The translations under genes and the position numbers were made by a program. A DNA stretch of 56,300 nucleotides from a virus (lineage: Duplodnaviria > Caudoviricetes): positions 1-56,300 of IMG/VR virus record IMGVR_UViG_3300036816_000056; one strand, written 5' to 3'. Positions 55,002 through 56,300 of this stretch are shown here, piece after piece; position 1 is the stretch's first letter, and every line of letters begins with the position of its first letter. The notes beneath the pieces were generated by a model. It ran no database searches. It was not told the origin of the DNA and was given only the letters and a program-made list of their open reading frames with translations.

Positions 55002-56300
55002 GTGGCAAAAGGAAGCATAGAAAAAAGAGGGAAAAATACATGGCGTCTTACGGTTGATTTAGGTTTAAACGGGGACGGCAGTCGCAATCGTCCCCGTAAA
55101 GCAATTACGATTGAGGATGAAGTCTTGTTAAGAACAAAGAAACGATTGAATGATCACCTTAACAATGAGTTGGCTAAATTTAAAATCGAAGTAGAAGCAG
55201 GAGAATATATCGCACCAGAAAAAACAACATTCATTAACTTCATTGAAGAATGGCGAGAAAAGTATGCTAGTAACCCCAACAACCTTTCTCAAACTACCTT
55301 AACTGTATACGAGAATGTGATTAAATCTCGATTAATACCTGTATTTAAGAATGATCGCATAGACCAACTTACCACTTTAAAACTCGTGTCTTTTTTTCAT
55401 GATCTAGAAAAACCAGGAACAAGGAAGCCTTCAAGTAGTAAGAAACCCCTAAGTGAAAAGCAAATGGCCAAACAACTTGAACCACTTGATGCCAGTACAC
55501 TAGCACATATCCATCGCGTACTAAAGAATATATTTTCCCGAGCAGTTGAGTGGAAAATAATAAAAGAAAATCCAATGGACGGAGTCAAAAAACCAACCTC
55601 AAAAAACGCAAAAGAGAAATTAATTGAACAACGGGACAATCCCCAATATTTCGATGAAATGGAGGCCCAAGAAGTTGTTGATGCTTTGTATAAAGAAACA
55701 AGAAAATGGCGGCTTTTAATATTAGGTTCAATGTTAGGAGGATTCAGACGTGGTGAACTTAACGGATTAGAATGGCCAGAAGTTCTATTTGACAATAACA
55801 CGATAAGAATTGAAAACAATATACCTCTCACTTTGAAGGGGCAAGCTGTAGAAAAAGGGCCGAAGTCTTTAGCTTCATTTAGAGATGTAGACATGCCAGA
55901 TTGGTATATGAATGAGTTGAAAATTTATAAACAGGAGTGGTTAAAAGAAAAAGAGTTTTTAGAAGACAAGTGGCTTGGTGCTGATCGGCAATTTGTTTTC
56001 CATAATGGCACAGGAACCCCCTACTATTACCAGCATCCTTCAAAATGGTGGAAGCGATTTTGTGATAGGCATAGTCTGCGGTACATTAAATTCCATGGCT
56101 TACGACACAGTGCCGGAACCTTACTACTTGAAGACGAGGATGAAGCTAATTATGATTCGATACTTATCGCTATTCAGAGGCGCTTAGGTCATGCCAGACT
56201 TTCCACAACATCAGACACGTATGTGCACGTCACTAAAAAGGTAAAGACTCGTGTAGCAGGAAAGTTAAATAAATTTGATCCTTCAGGTTTACGCAAATGA
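55002..56300 (+). CDS. int: Tyrosine integrase (ICEBs1-like)
   Basis: GSIEKRG arm domain; GFRRGEL, FHGLRHS, RLGHA...DTYVH. Confidence 0.95.
   Translation: MAKGSIEKRGKNTWRLTVDLGLNGDGSRNRPRKAITIEDEVLLRTKKRLNDHLNNELAKFKIEVEAGEYIAPEKTTFINFIEEWREKYASNPNNLSQTTLTVYENVIKSRLIPVFKNDRIDQLTTLKLVSFFHDLEKPGTRKPSSSKKPLSEKQMAKQLEPLDASTLAHIHRVLKNIFSRAVEWKIIKENPMDGVKKPTSKNAKEKLIEQRDNPQYFDEMEAQEVVDALYKETRKWRLLILGSMLGGFRRGELNGLEWPEVLFDNNTIRIENNIPLTLKGQAVEKGPKSLASFRDVDMPDWYMNELKIYKQEWLKEKEFLEDKWLGADRQFVFHNGTGTPYYYQHPSKWWKRFCDRHSLRYIKFHGLRHSAGTLLLEDEDEANYDSILIAIQRRLGHARLSTTSDTYVHVTKKVKTRVAGKLNKFDPSGLRK

Larger units (their letters stand above)
1..56300. mobile_element. Temperate siphovirus prophage (Bacillota host, probably Paenibacillus)
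   Basis: Ordered lysogeny, replication, packaging, head, tail and lysis modules; 2305-aa tape measure and no sheath gene; att sites not seen in the window. Confidence 0.95.

Noticed and set aside
1-56300. attL/attR, tRNA genes and an arbitrium aimR-aimP pair
   Set aside because: No terminal direct repeats (the window is cut at gene ends), no cloverleaf, and no TPR receptor with a peptide gene recognised

Overview
The window is one apparently complete temperate siphovirus prophage, running from an XRE-HTH gene at position 1 to the tyrosine integrase stop at 56300. The att sites are not visible. Gene content, LexA boxes and RBS style point to a Bacillota host, most likely Paenibacillus (inference). 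From right to left the modules are: lysogeny (int, ImmA-like protease, repressor, Cro, Xis-like); early/replication (ParB-like, ORF6C, initiator with iterons, DnaI, a phage beta-clamp, a broken DUF1064 gene, HNH, YopX, many small genes); packaging, head and tail; lysis; and a 10-kb accessory end. Best candidates for undescribed biology: (1) a LexA-boxed promoter driving an apparently non-coding RNA convergent on the terminal XRE gene; (2) a 14-bp palindrome AGGAAATATTTCCT found three times exactly, plus variants including one inside the orphan ParB gene; (3) a cytoplasmic LCAT-type lipase plus membrane protein operon; (4) a DUF3467-like / degenerate-MNT / HEPN triad; (5) a secreted toxin-immunity pair; (6) a second small recombinase with paired sites, a split Dit and a +1 tail-chaperone frameshift. 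All family calls come from motif recognition by eye; no searches were run.
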